A stretch of DNA of 28,609 nt, taken from the NCBI GenBank assembly GCA_902796215.1, contig CADBNY010000151.1:1-28609 (forward strand), written 5' to 3'. Origin of the DNA: an uncultured Erysipelotrichaceae bacterium. GTDB lineage: Bacteria; Bacillota_I; Bacilli_A; RF39; UBA660. Shown here piece after piece: positions 1 to 8,912 of the stretch. Below the pieces are notes generated by a model, which was given only the letters and a program-made list of their open reading frames with translations, was not told the origin of the DNA and did not search any database. Numbering within the stretch: the stretch's first letter is position 1; every line of letters begins with the position of its first letter. Position numbers and translations under genes: made by a program.

Positions 1-115
1 ATTATATCGACAATTTTTTATAAAAGCAATACATAAATTTTACTTTACATCATTTTTTTACAATTAACAAAATAGTGTATTTAAAAAGAAAAATATACAA
101 TAATAATAATTATTA

Positions 116-124
116 TGTTAAAAT
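116..124 (+). promoter_or_regulatory. Possible extended -10 promoter (TG-T-TAAAAT) for the plus-strand SipW-substrate gene
   Basis: tgttaaaat at 116-124, followed by RBS aaggtg (131-136) and ATG at 142. No good -35, and the context is very AT-rich. Confidence 0.3.
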
Positions 125-141
125 AATAATAAGGTGATAGA

Positions 142-729
142 ATGAAGAAAAAAAAAGATATTCAATTTATAATAATATTTACATTCATAGTCACAATATC
201 TCTTCTATATTTATCAAAAGTTTCATATGCAAAGTATCGAAAACAAGTAGAAGCAAACACAGCTGCAACTGTAGCTAGTTGGAATATTAAAGTAAATAAT
301 GAATCTATTAATAATAAATCCATTCTTACAAATTATATAACTCCCACTTTTGATACAAATCAATATGTAAAATCTGGAGTTTTAGCACCTGGATCAACTG
401 GATATTTTGATATTGTAATTGATGCTTTATTAGTAGATGTTGATTTTTCCTATGAAATATCAGGAAGTATTCATGAAGATACTCCCTTAAACGATCTAAT
501 TATTACTCAGTACGAACAAAACGGAATTCAATCAATCTATAATGATACTGACAAAATAACTGGAGAAGTTCAAAAAAACACTGCCAACACTTCTATTAGA
601 GTTTTCTTCAAATGGAATGATGATGAAACTGAAACAATGAATAATCAACAAGATACAGCCTATGCTACCAATCCAAATAATCAGCAAACAAAAATAAAAG
701 TCAATATTAAATTCAATCAAAAACAATAA
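142..729 (+). CDS. SipW-class signal peptide protein (pilin/TasA-like fibre subunit candidate), 195 aa
   Basis: Basic N-terminus and hydrophobic helix, then VSYA|KY, then ATVASWNIKVN. The body is beta-rich (LAPGSTGYFDIVID). Paralogous to 750..1499 (ATVASWDVQF) and 7460..8077 (ISPGSSGTIDLEID). RBS aaggtg. Confidence 0.75.
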   Translation: MKKKKDIQFIIIFTFIVTISLLYLSKVSYAKYRKQVEANTAATVASWNIKVNNESINNKSILTNYITPTFDTNQYVKSGVLAPGSTGYFDIVIDALLVDVDFSYEISGSIHEDTPLNDLIITQYEQNGIQSIYNDTDKITGEVQKNTANTSIRVFFKWNDDETETMNNQQDTAYATNPNNQQTKIKVNIKFNQKQ

Positions 730-751
730 GCAAACACTTATTGTTCTTTTT
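719..751. terminator. Bidirectional rho-independent terminator between convergent genes
   Basis: Perfect 9-bp stem AACAATAAG (722-730) / CTTATTGTT (737-745) with a 6-nt loop, and T-rich tracts on both strands. Confidence 0.75.
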
Positions 752-1499
752 ATGTATTTCTTTGTCTCACTAATAATTTAAGTGTTAAAGATAAACAAGC
801 TTTTCCTGTACTTTCTTCATATTCATGACACTTCATTCCAAAATAACTATCGGCATCATCTTTTTCCAGATATAAATTAGACTTTAAACTATTATAAATA
901 CTAGAAGTAACATTAGTTAAAGTATAAATTCCATTACTAAACTGATAATATGGAAAAGAAGAATCAAATTGATAAACATCATCTTGCTTATAATAAATAG
1001 GAGTACTACTTTCATATGGCCAAACCAATCCAATATCAAAATCTACTGTATCAGAAGGATTTAAAACTGATTTACTAGCAGTAAAAGAAACACTAAATGG
1101 ATAATTTGATTGTAAATAATTTATCATAGTTGTCTGATCATTAATTTGAATTGTATGGCCCAATAATTGAAATTCAGAAATTTCATATATAAAATCAGCT
1201 GTAACATCACTATGATTATGAGCAGAAATTGTTTTACTATAATTATTCATTCCCGGCTTCATCTTCGTAATATCAATAACAAAAATTTTAGAATCATCTC
1301 CAGAATCATCTCTAAATTGAACATCCCAAGATGCTACCGTAGCATCCAAACCAACTTGTGCTGTCGTTGAAAAAACAAACCAAGCAAAAATATTAATTCC
1401 CAAAGTAAAAAGTGCTAAAAAGATACTATAATATTTTCTCTTTAACAATGCCTTTTTTAATAAAATAATTTTTTCATCCCTTATTTGTTTCTTCTTCAT
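750..1499 (-). CDS. SipW-class signal peptide protein (fibre subunit candidate), 249 aa
   Basis: Hydrophobic helix then NIFA|WF, a TasA/CalY-like cleavage site, then DATVASWDVQF. C-terminal Cys pair. Lies directly downstream of sipW. Confidence 0.75.
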   Translation of the reverse strand: MKKKQIRDEKIILLKKALLKRKYYSIFLALFTLGINIFAWFVFSTTAQVGLDATVASWDVQFRDDSGDDSKIFVIDITKMKPGMNNYSKTISAHNHSDVTADFIYEISEFQLLGHTIQINDQTTMINYLQSNYPFSVSFTASKSVLNPSDTVDFDIGLVWPYESSTPIYYKQDDVYQFDSSFPYYQFSNGIYTLTNVTSSIYNSLKSNLYLEKDDADSYFGMKCHEYEESTGKACLSLTLKLLVRQRNT

Positions 1500-1513
1500 A
1501 CAAATTCCTATAA

Positions 1514-2101
1514 TTATTCTTGTTCTTCATTCTTTTCTATTCTTCTTATTTCATTCTTTTCTATTTTTATATCTGTAATTGTCTGCAACACTTCTAAAAC
1601 AATGACCAATACTAAAGGAATAAAAATAAGCAAGAAAAAGCCAACTTGACTTTTTACAACATGATTAATTGTTGAAATAATAGGTAAAATTCCTATCACT
1701 TTTCCAAGTATTTGTGCCTCATCAATACTAGGATCTTCCACTTGAGAAGCAACACCCTTTGTCGTATAAATATATTTTCCATCAGATTTTTCTTCCATTT
1801 TTATAATTCTATGTGTAACTAATTTTCCTTGCAAGTCTCCCCTTATTCCCTGATATGCTATATCATCTCCAACCTTTAAACTTTTTGTATCACAATCCTT
1901 TACGATAATAACATCATTAATATCATATACTCCAGCCATTGAACCAGTAGCAACAGTAAATAACCGATATCCAAAAATACTTTTATTACCAGATAAACGT
2001 TGAAGCATAATAAATGATAAGTATAAAACAACCATCAAAATAAAACATATTTTAATTGTCATATAAACATTTCTAAAAATCTTATTATTAAAAATTTTCA
2101 T
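1514..2101 (-). CDS. sipW: Signal peptidase I, SipW/ER-type (S26B), 195 aa
   Basis: N-terminal TM, catalytic Ser box FTVATGSM, GDDIAY, His box VTHRII, KGxxxxxxD, and a C-terminal TM. Confidence 0.92.
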   Translation of the reverse strand: MKIFNNKIFRNVYMTIKICFILMVVLYLSFIMLQRLSGNKSIFGYRLFTVATGSMAGVYDINDVIIVKDCDTKSLKVGDDIAYQGIRGDLQGKLVTHRIIKMEEKSDGKYIYTTKGVASQVEDPSIDEAQILGKVIGILPIISTINHVVKSQVGFFLLIFIPLVLVIVLEVLQTITDIKIEKNEIRRIEKNEEQE

Positions 2102-3212
2102 TATCTAAAACACCCTCTTTAAACAAATCCAATAGTTCATTTATTTTATTATTCTCTCGCATTAAGCGATCTTTAAAAATATTATAAATACTATCTTCTC
2201 TTTCTTTATTCTTAGCTTTAATAGATTTAATTTGTTTATTGAAAATATCTTGTAACTTATCTTCTGTAATATTAGGATCCGTATCTAACAAATTATCTAC
2301 TAAACGCTGTATCATTTGATTAATAACAGAACTTTCATTAGCCCTATCACTGCTATTAATATAATTTTTATTTGCAATAAAAGCCATTAAAAAAGCTTGA
2401 TCGTATTCATTTTTTAAAACACCTTTATCAAAAAAATCACGCTTTTCTTTTTCTTTCTTATCTTTACTTTCAAATGACTGAATATAATTCCATAATTCCT
2501 CAGCTTTCCTAAAATTTGGATTTTTTAAAATAACATTTGTTTTTCGAATAGGACTACGAACAGGAGGAACATGTAATCTTGATAAAGTAAGCATTAACTC
2601 AGTACCAAAAAAACCATCTATTTGCATTTTTGCTTTTTGAATTCTCTCATCAAAAGAAAGATCATTTTTATCGCCACTACCTTCTTGAATTTTTTTAGAA
2701 ACATCACTTAAATCTAAAGAAATTTTTAACTCTTCTCCAAAAACACTTGTATTTGCAACATATTGAAGTTTATTTTTATCTTGACAATATGAAGTTCCAG
2801 AAGTTTCTGAAGTCCTTTTTTCAAAAAAATTACGTAAATTATTTAACAAAGTATGAATAAAACGGTTCTCATATGTATCTAAACTTTCATCTTTATTAAT
2901 ATTTAATATTTTAGACGGTTTAACATCTCCATTATCTTCAATCTTCTGTATTAAATTAGTATGTTGTGTCAAATGAATAACGGATTCTACAGTTACTTTT
3001 CGTGCTAACTCAACTTTAACGATTTCTTCATCATTAATAATAAATCTTTTAGGGTTACGCAAAATATTATCAATATATGGTAAAACATCTTCGATTTTAT
3101 CCAACCATTCATAATTAAACTCTTTTAACTCATAATCTCGCTTAATAAATAATGTAGAATTCAAATTACTAATAAAGGCTTCATTTCTATCAAATTCTTC
3201 ATCATTATTCAT
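2088..3212 (-). CDS. DUF2357-type McrC-like protein lacking the PD-(D/E)xK nuclease domain, ~374 aa (alternative start 3227)
   Basis: DUF2357-like motifs LRNPKRFI, DTYENRFI and TNVILKNPNFRKAEELW. The remaining ~130 aa are helical and charged, with no PD...(D/E)xK. ATG at 3212 has RBS GGAG. The 3' end overlaps the sipW start by 14 bp. Confidence 0.75.
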   Translation of the reverse strand: MNNDEEFDRNEAFISNLNSTLFIKRDYELKEFNYEWLDKIEDVLPYIDNILRNPKRFIINDEEIVKVELARKVTVESVIHLTQHTNLIQKIEDNGDVKPSKILNINKDESLDTYENRFIHTLLNNLRNFFEKRTSETSGTSYCQDKNKLQYVANTSVFGEELKISLDLSDVSKKIQEGSGDKNDLSFDERIQKAKMQIDGFFGTELMLTLSRLHVPPVRSPIRKTNVILKNPNFRKAEELWNYIQSFESKDKKEKEKRDFFDKGVLKNEYDQAFLMAFIANKNYINSSDRANESSVINQMIQRLVDNLLDTDPNITEDKLQDIFNKQIKSIKAKNKEREDSIYNIFKDRLMRENNKINELLDLFKEGVLDNENF

Positions 3213-3226
3213 TCTACCATCTCCCA

Positions 3227-4780
3227 TTAAATCATTTTCTTAAGTCTTAGTAAATACTCCTTACATTCATTAAAGTTTTGCTTTCCAAAGCTCTTATCCA
3301 AAAATTCAATAAATGGATCAATATCATCTCGAATATAAGCTAAGTTTAATTGTTCAAATTTACGAAGTATTTTTCTTGCTATATAATAATCTACACCATC
3401 AACTTCTGTACCACCACACGCAACATATGTTGCAACAAAATCTCTCATTTGCTTAACAATACGATTACCAAAAGCAATACGGAAATGTTGAATAACATAA
3501 TCATCCATATCACTGATTTTTTGTTCCATTTCAGCAGTTAACGGATTATTTTTCTTAGCTTCAGCAAATAACCCTTCTAAATAAGAACTATTAATATTCA
3601 TAGCATCAGTATCAACAGGTTCAAAAACTTGCCCTTTATCATTAATATCAATTGGCATAGCACGGTCATATACTTTATCAGTAACAGCAAAAGTAGAATC
3701 ATCATTATTAATCGTACCAATATACCACATATTACCTGGAATTTTTAATTTACCAGCTTGAAGTTTAACCGGATCATTATCCCAAGAGCTAGGTACTAAT
3801 TCAATAATCCATTCATCTCGTGAAGGCATTTCTAGAATTGACAACATTTCTGCAAAATAGTATTCAACACGAGCAATATTCATTTCATCAAGTACAGTAA
3901 CATAAACATCATCAGTATATCCAGCTAAATACATTCCTTTTAAGACATCAGTTTCATTAAACTTCTTTGTAAACTCATTAAAATAACCAAATAACTCAGT
4001 ACGATCTCTCCAGGAGGGTTGAACAGACGCTATAATTGCATCATTCTTAATAAATTTTCCCCAAGCATAAGCAAGAGAAGTTTTACCTGTACCAGAAATA
4101 CCCTGTAGAATAACTAATTTTGTTGCAGATAATCCAGAAATAAATAATCTTATCATATTAGTTGTATAATAAAGTTTCAATTTAGAAGCCGCAAAATTAC
4201 GAAATTCTTCTACCAATTCTTCTAATGTAAAACTATTTCCATAGTCTTGAATCTTATAATCCTTAAATTGAACATCAATAGAATGTAATTTAGAAAATCT
4301 AGCATTTGGATCATCATCAATAATTCCAACTTCACTACTGTTCTCTTCTTCACTATCACTAATAGTTTCTTCTTCAATTGTAGCCTCTTCCCCTGGTTTT
4401 AATCCTAATTGAGACACTTTCATTGCAAGTATTTTCTCTTTTTCTTGCACCAAATCAGCAACCTTATTATTTAGCATTCCAATCTCTTTTAGCATAGACT
4501 CTTGTTCCACTAGTGTTTTTCGAAATCGAATATATTTACGAACTAAAAAGACAATCGACAAAATAATTAATCCTAATATAACAATCATTACAATAATTGC
4601 TAATATTGCTAATACCCATTCTCCCCCAGAAAACTCCTTTTGATAAAGACCAATAATAGACAAATAATCTTGAATATTAAAAACTTGAATAAAACCATTT
4701 AAAATTCCACTTATCATAGTCCCAATACCATTAAAAAAAACGGACATAAATTCAAATAAAAAACGAAAATAAGTCTCCAT
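3227..4780 (-). CDS. Membrane-anchored McrB-like AAA+ GTPase, ~517 aa
   Basis: Walker A GISGTGKT, Walker B VLDEMNIARVEYYFA, McrB NxxD signature TINNDDST, and KVYDRA. The N-terminus has an amphipathic segment, a TM helix (WVLAILAIIVMIVILGLIILSIVFLV), RKYIRFRK, a coiled coil and an acidic linker. Start corrected to ATG 4780 (RBS GAGGAGG). Confidence 0.85.
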   Translation of the reverse strand: METYFRFLFEFMSVFFNGIGTMISGILNGFIQVFNIQDYLSIIGLYQKEFSGGEWVLAILAIIVMIVILGLIILSIVFLVRKYIRFRKTLVEQESMLKEIGMLNNKVADLVQEKEKILAMKVSQLGLKPGEEATIEEETISDSEEENSSEVGIIDDDPNARFSKLHSIDVQFKDYKIQDYGNSFTLEELVEEFRNFAASKLKLYYTTNMIRLFISGLSATKLVILQGISGTGKTSLAYAWGKFIKNDAIIASVQPSWRDRTELFGYFNEFTKKFNETDVLKGMYLAGYTDDVYVTVLDEMNIARVEYYFAEMLSILEMPSRDEWIIELVPSSWDNDPVKLQAGKLKIPGNMWYIGTINNDDSTFAVTDKVYDRAMPIDINDKGQVFEPVDTDAMNINSSYLEGLFAEAKKNNPLTAEMEQKISDMDDYVIQHFRIAFGNRIVKQMRDFVATYVACGGTEVDGVDYYIARKILRKFEQLNLAYIRDDIDPFIEFLDKSFGKQNFNECKEYLLRLKKMI

Positions 4781-4781
4781 C

Positions 4782-5834
4782 TTAATCCTCCTCAAAAAGC
4801 AATATTTTCAAAGTCTTTCCTTCATAATTAAGTAAATATTCCTTATCTTTATACTTATAATCGGAAAGAACTAAATAATCAAAAATTCCCTCTTTCTCAA
4901 TATTTTCAATCTTTTTATAAATATCATGAATATGAGAAAAATCCTGAATACATACAAAATGAAAATCTTCAGAAAAAGCATCTTTTTGATTCACATAAGT
5001 ATTATAAGTAACACCTAAATAAACATAATGACGAAATAAATGATTATCAATTAAAGAAAAAATATTAGAATCAATTTTTCCTCTTTTAATAAATGAATCA
5101 TCTAATTTAATAATAAAACGAGGGATTTTTTTATTTTCAACAATATTTTTTAAAATATATAAAGACAACTTCTGAATAAGACACTCTATCTTGTCCTTAA
5201 ATAATTCATCCTTAAAAAAAACTCTAGTAATCATCGTCTTCCTATAATTATTTAAGACATCAATATGATAATCAAGCTCAAAATATTTAACCTCATTACA
5301 TCCTTCGAAAGACTTCTCATTAAGACAATAATAATGATCTCGATAATTAAATAACTTATTTATTAAATTATAATTTTTTTGAACCATTTTAATAAACTTT
5401 GCTAATCTATTTTTTATATGTTCTTTATAAAAATAATTATTTTCAACAAATTCAATAACAGCTTCAGATAATTGCTCCTTATCATTTATTTTTAATTGAT
5501 CAATCTTTAAAACTTCTAAAGAAAAATCTTTTAAGCCTTTAATTGCTTGTACATGAAAAGAATATTCTTGATTACTCTCTTGTAATTCATATTGTCGATA
5601 ATCATCCAGCATTTCTATCATTGTCCCTTGAAATTCTTTACAAAGATTATCTAAACTGTAAATAGAATCATCAACCGTATAAAAAATATTATAATAGTAA
5701 TTATCAACATAAAGAGAAAAATAATCTTGAAATACTTTTCGAATAAAAGGTGAATCATCATCTAATAGAAAAACTCCATACTCAACAAGGTATTGTATCT
5801 TATAATTCATAAAAATACTAATTACATTATTCAT
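4782..5834 (-). CDS. Hypothetical protein with a possible degenerate EAL-like C-terminal domain, ~350 aa (alternative GTG start 5846)
   Basis: The order and spacing of RFIIKLDDSF / YVYLGVTYN / FVCIQDFS / IFDYLVLSD resemble EAL motifs ISVNLS / LEITES / IAIDDFG / FDYIKID, with the catalytic residues replaced. The stop lies 1 bp from the next ATG. Confidence 0.45.
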   Translation of the reverse strand: MNNVISIFMNYKIQYLVEYGVFLLDDDSPFIRKVFQDYFSLYVDNYYYNIFYTVDDSIYSLDNLCKEFQGTMIEMLDDYRQYELQESNQEYSFHVQAIKGLKDFSLEVLKIDQLKINDKEQLSEAVIEFVENNYFYKEHIKNRLAKFIKMVQKNYNLINKLFNYRDHYYCLNEKSFEGCNEVKYFELDYHIDVLNNYRKTMITRVFFKDELFKDKIECLIQKLSLYILKNIVENKKIPRFIIKLDDSFIKRGKIDSNIFSLIDNHLFRHYVYLGVTYNTYVNQKDAFSEDFHFVCIQDFSHIHDIYKKIENIEKEGIFDYLVLSDYKYKDKEYLLNYEGKTLKILLFEED

Positions 5835-5861
5835 AGAATTCACCAACCTTACTCAATTAAA

Positions 5862-5870
5862 ATTATAACA
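5862..5870 (-). promoter_or_regulatory. Internal extended -10 promoter (TGTTATAAT) upstream of the EAL-like / McrB / DUF2357 / sipW sub-operon
   Basis: Plus-strand attataaca at 5862-5870 within the 46-bp intergenic gap. No -35 at canonical spacing. Confidence 0.5.
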
Positions 5871-5892
5871 TAAATATCATTCAATTACTCAT

Positions 5893-6825
5893 CTAATTTG
5901 CTGTATTAACAGAAACTTGAATAATTGAAGTTGGATTAACAACCGGATAAGTATAATCCCTAGTAATATCATCTTTATAAAATATTATTTCACTACTAGA
6001 ACTAGCATTAACTTTAAAAGAAAATTTCGAAACATACTGATATCCATTAATTGTTTGTTCTTGATAATTATCAGAAAGACGATGAAGATACAAACTATTC
6101 ATCATATCAACAAATAATTTTTCTGGATTATACTGAAGTGTTACAATAGCAGAAAAACACTTATTTTTATTTTCATCTGTTAAATCATTATAATCATCTA
6201 AACTAATTTGATCACCAACATGATAATTCAAAAAAGGCTCCTCTACCTGATAATAGGAAATAGAATTTAAAAAACGAATTGTTAAATACTTCGAATTAAC
6301 GCTATCTTCTATTTCATAAGAAAAATTGCTTTTTTCAACTCCTATTGTATAAGCAGCACTCATTGTTTTATGATAAGGAAGATTAGAAGAAACAGAAGTT
6401 TCTACTAAAACAGTATCATTTGCATAAAAATTTTGTAATGGTGTAACACTAATTTGATAAGAATCTGTTTCATCATCTGCTCGAATAATTCCACTATTTT
6501 TACTCAAAGTACAACTAACAGTACTAGGACAATTAACATTAATGGTATAACTAATATCTGTTCTAGTAACTCTTTCAGCATTTTTACGATTATTTAAATC
6601 AATTGTTAATGTATAAGTATTAACACCATCCCAGTTATTTATATTATAATTTTTGCCATTAACATTTAAAATACTACTATTAAAATAAAAACCCTTAGTT
6701 TCTAATAAATATTGTGAAATAATATTATGAATATAACGACCAAAAGCAAAAGAAATAAATAAGAAAAACACTAATAAACATAAAATAATAATACTTCTTC
6801 TTTTATATTTTCGAATATATTTCAT
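5893..6825 (-). CDS. SipW-class signal peptide protein (fibre subunit or minor component), 310 aa
   Basis: Basic N-terminus, hydrophobic helix, FAFG|RY, then a beta-rich body with Cys residues. No C-terminal anchor. Confidence 0.7.
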   Translation of the reverse strand: MKYIRKYKRRSIIILCLLVFFLFISFAFGRYIHNIISQYLLETKGFYFNSSILNVNGKNYNINNWDGVNTYTLTIDLNNRKNAERVTRTDISYTINVNCPSTVSCTLSKNSGIIRADDETDSYQISVTPLQNFYANDTVLVETSVSSNLPYHKTMSAAYTIGVEKSNFSYEIEDSVNSKYLTIRFLNSISYYQVEEPFLNYHVGDQISLDDYNDLTDENKNKCFSAIVTLQYNPEKLFVDMMNSLYLHRLSDNYQEQTINGYQYVSKFSFKVNASSSSEIIFYKDDITRDYTYPVVNPTSIIQVSVNTAN

Positions 6826-6839
6826 AGTACCCTCCTATA

Positions 6840-7451
6840 TCATATAATTTGTTGAGACTCCAATATAACTTCAATACTTTCTAAATAATCCGCATAAACA
6901 CTGTTTGCAGAATAAAGAGAGGGAAATTGTATAACTATTGTATAAATATCTGTTACATCATTTTCATAACTCATTTGATAATTACTAATGGCACTATACT
7001 CTCTATACCACGCCCCATCTACATCTTGTTTTGAACTAGATCCTTGAAAAAGATTAACTGCCCCACTAGCATCTGGTAATTCATTACAATACATTGAAAT
7101 AGTAATTGGTAAATTGGTCGTTGTTCGAACCTTAACTCGATAAGAAATATCCACATCACTGTGTTTACTAGCATTATAATTAGATACACTAAAACGATAT
7201 ACATAAGCCTCATCTTGAGGAATGATTCCTTCTGATTCTAAATTAAAAGACATTTTCCCATCTTCAAAAATATATAAGGCTTTATCAATATTAGCATTAA
7301 CTTTAGCACGTATTTCATATCTTGAATAAGTATATTGTAATAATCGAAATGCTAAAAATAAAATCAACAACAAAAAGAATCCGAATAATATTAATCTTTT
7401 TTTTTCCTCAAAAAAAGATATATTCTTAATTTTATTAATTAATAAATTCAC
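6840..7451 (-). CDS. SipW-class signal peptide protein (fibre subunit candidate), 203 aa, GTG start
   Basis: Hydrophobic helix then YTYS|RY. Beta-rich body (IIPQDEAYVYRFSVSN...DVDISY). RBS AGGTG. Confidence 0.72.
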   Translation of the reverse strand: MNLLINKIKNISFFEEKKRLILFGFFLLLILFLAFRLLQYTYSRYEIRAKVNANIDKALYIFEDGKMSFNLESEGIIPQDEAYVYRFSVSNYNASKHSDVDISYRVKVRTTTNLPITISMYCNELPDASGAVNLFQGSSSKQDVDGAWYREYSAISNYQMSYENDVTDIYTIVIQFPSLYSANSVYADYLESIEVILESQQII

Positions 7452-7459
7452 ATTATCAC

Positions 7460-8077
7460 CTACGGTTCTACATATTCTTGAATAGTCTCTCCTCGATATT
7501 GAACAGCATGAAAATGAATTTCAAAAAAATCATCTAATATTTGATTATCTTCTGTTATCCCTTCAATATCAACTAAATAATCAAAATAAAAATTAGCACT
7601 AAGATGAAATTTTCTATTATTTGCTATATCATCTAAAGTTATAATTCCAGTATAAGTATCTTGACTTGTTCGAATAATTCCATCATTTGAAATTATCTCA
7701 GAAAAAGTCAAAAGTTTATCATCATCTATTTTTTTATCAACAAAACGAAATTCATATAATATAGCAACATCACTACCACTAGGATCAATTTCCAAATCAA
7801 TTGTACCAGAACTACCTGGAGATATTTTTTCTTCTCGAGTATGAGTAGATACCCAAGTTGTATTATCTAAAATAACTCGATTATCTAACGTACCATCATT
7901 ATTAGCAACCGCATCTACTCCATTTATTTTCAAACTTATTCCAGCAATTGAATTTGTTACTGCACCTTCAATAATAGACTCATAAGCAGTATAAGTAAAT
8001 CTAGCATTATAATACAAAAAACAGCCACCTACAATAACAATTAAAAAAAACATCAATATCTTTTTATTGTTTCTCAT
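7460..8077 (-). CDS. SipW-class signal peptide protein (fibre subunit candidate), 205 aa
   Basis: Hydrophobic helix then FTYT|AY. The ISPGSSGTIDLEID motif is shared with 142..729. Confidence 0.72.
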   Translation of the reverse strand: MRNNKKILMFFLIVIVGGCFLYYNARFTYTAYESIIEGAVTNSIAGISLKINGVDAVANNDGTLDNRVILDNTTWVSTHTREEKISPGSSGTIDLEIDPSGSDVAILYEFRFVDKKIDDDKLLTFSEIISNDGIIRTSQDTYTGIITLDDIANNRKFHLSANFYFDYLVDIEGITEDNQILDDFFEIHFHAVQYRGETIQEYVEP

Positions 8078-8097
8078 ATCTACTCCTTATAATAATA

Positions 8098-8126
8098 ATT
8101 ATAGCAAAACAAAACTTTTTAGTAAA
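8098..8126 (-). promoter_or_regulatory. Sigma-A type promoter TTTACT-N17-TATAAT with extended TG
   Basis: -10 at 8098-8103 preceded by TGC, -35 at 8121-8126. Sits upstream of the 8077 start and just downstream of a terminator. Confidence 0.7.
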
Positions 8127-8141
8127 CTTCAAATGCAAATG

Positions 8142-8180
8142 AAAAAAAGAAAATTAAATTGATTACCAATTTAACTTTCT
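8142..8180 (-). terminator. Rho-independent terminator after the dead SipW paralogue
   Basis: Minus strand AGAAAGTTAAATTG-gtaat-CAATTTAATTTTCT (14-bp stem with one G-U pair) followed by a T tract. Confidence 0.7.
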
Positions 8181-8203
8181 AAAAAGCTCTTATATAATAC
8201 AAC

Positions 8204-8848
8204 TTACAATATCTCAATATTATCTTCTGTTTTTTTATCTTCTAATGACTCTTTCTTAATATTTTCTTCTTCATTTTTCCCTTTTTTTGATTCACTATTT
8301 TCATCACCAGAAGAATCCATAGTAAGTTCAACTTTTTCATAACGAACAATCATAATAAATTCATATACATGGTAAATAAAGACAATAAGGATTGGTAATA
8401 ATACACAAAATAAGAAACCAATTCTACTCTCTAAAAAATTCAAAATAGACCCAAGTTTATGATAAGTATGAGAATATTTTCCTAATACTCTAGTACCAAC
8501 AATACTAGTTGGTCCAGAATCATCAACTGTATATAAATAACTATAATCATCATTTTTTATGCTCATTACAGGAGAGCTTTTAATAATATAATCATCATTA
8601 TATACAGCATAATAATAAATCAAATCACCCTCATTAATGTCATTACTATTTTTGACAACTAATAAATCACCTTTTTTAGTATTATCAATATTTTTTTCAG
8701 CAAACAAATCAATATTTGTAAAAGTATAATCTCCAAATTGAGTATATCCATACTTATTTCTACACAATAAGAAACAAGTTAGAACAATAACATAAACAAT
8801 AATAATAAATTCTACTACAAACCAAATTCCCCTTAAAAACTTCTTCAT
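8204..8848 (-). CDS. Catalytically inactive SipW-like protein (pseudopeptidase), 214 aa
   Basis: Colinear with SipW: TM, FGDYTFT, GDLLVVK, EGDLIYY, VLGK, and a C-terminal TM GFLFCVLLP. The Ser box TGSM, His box THR and KGD are all replaced. Confidence 0.7.
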   Translation of the reverse strand: MKKFLRGIWFVVEFIIIVYVIVLTCFLLCRNKYGYTQFGDYTFTNIDLFAEKNIDNTKKGDLLVVKNSNDINEGDLIYYYAVYNDDYIIKSSPVMSIKNDDYSYLYTVDDSGPTSIVGTRVLGKYSHTYHKLGSILNFLESRIGFLFCVLLPILIVFIYHVYEFIMIVRYEKVELTMDSSGDENSESKKGKNEEENIKKESLEDKKTEDNIEIL

Positions 8849-8912
8849 ATAATATCACCATCCTAATCGTATCACAAATATCTTTTAATTTCAAATATTA
8901 TATTCATTTTTT

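Noticed and set aside
2088-4780. Annotation as an ordinary McrBC restriction system
   Set aside because: No DNA-binding domain on the McrB-like protein and no PD-(D/E)xK motif in the partner. There is a TM anchor and no defence-island context.
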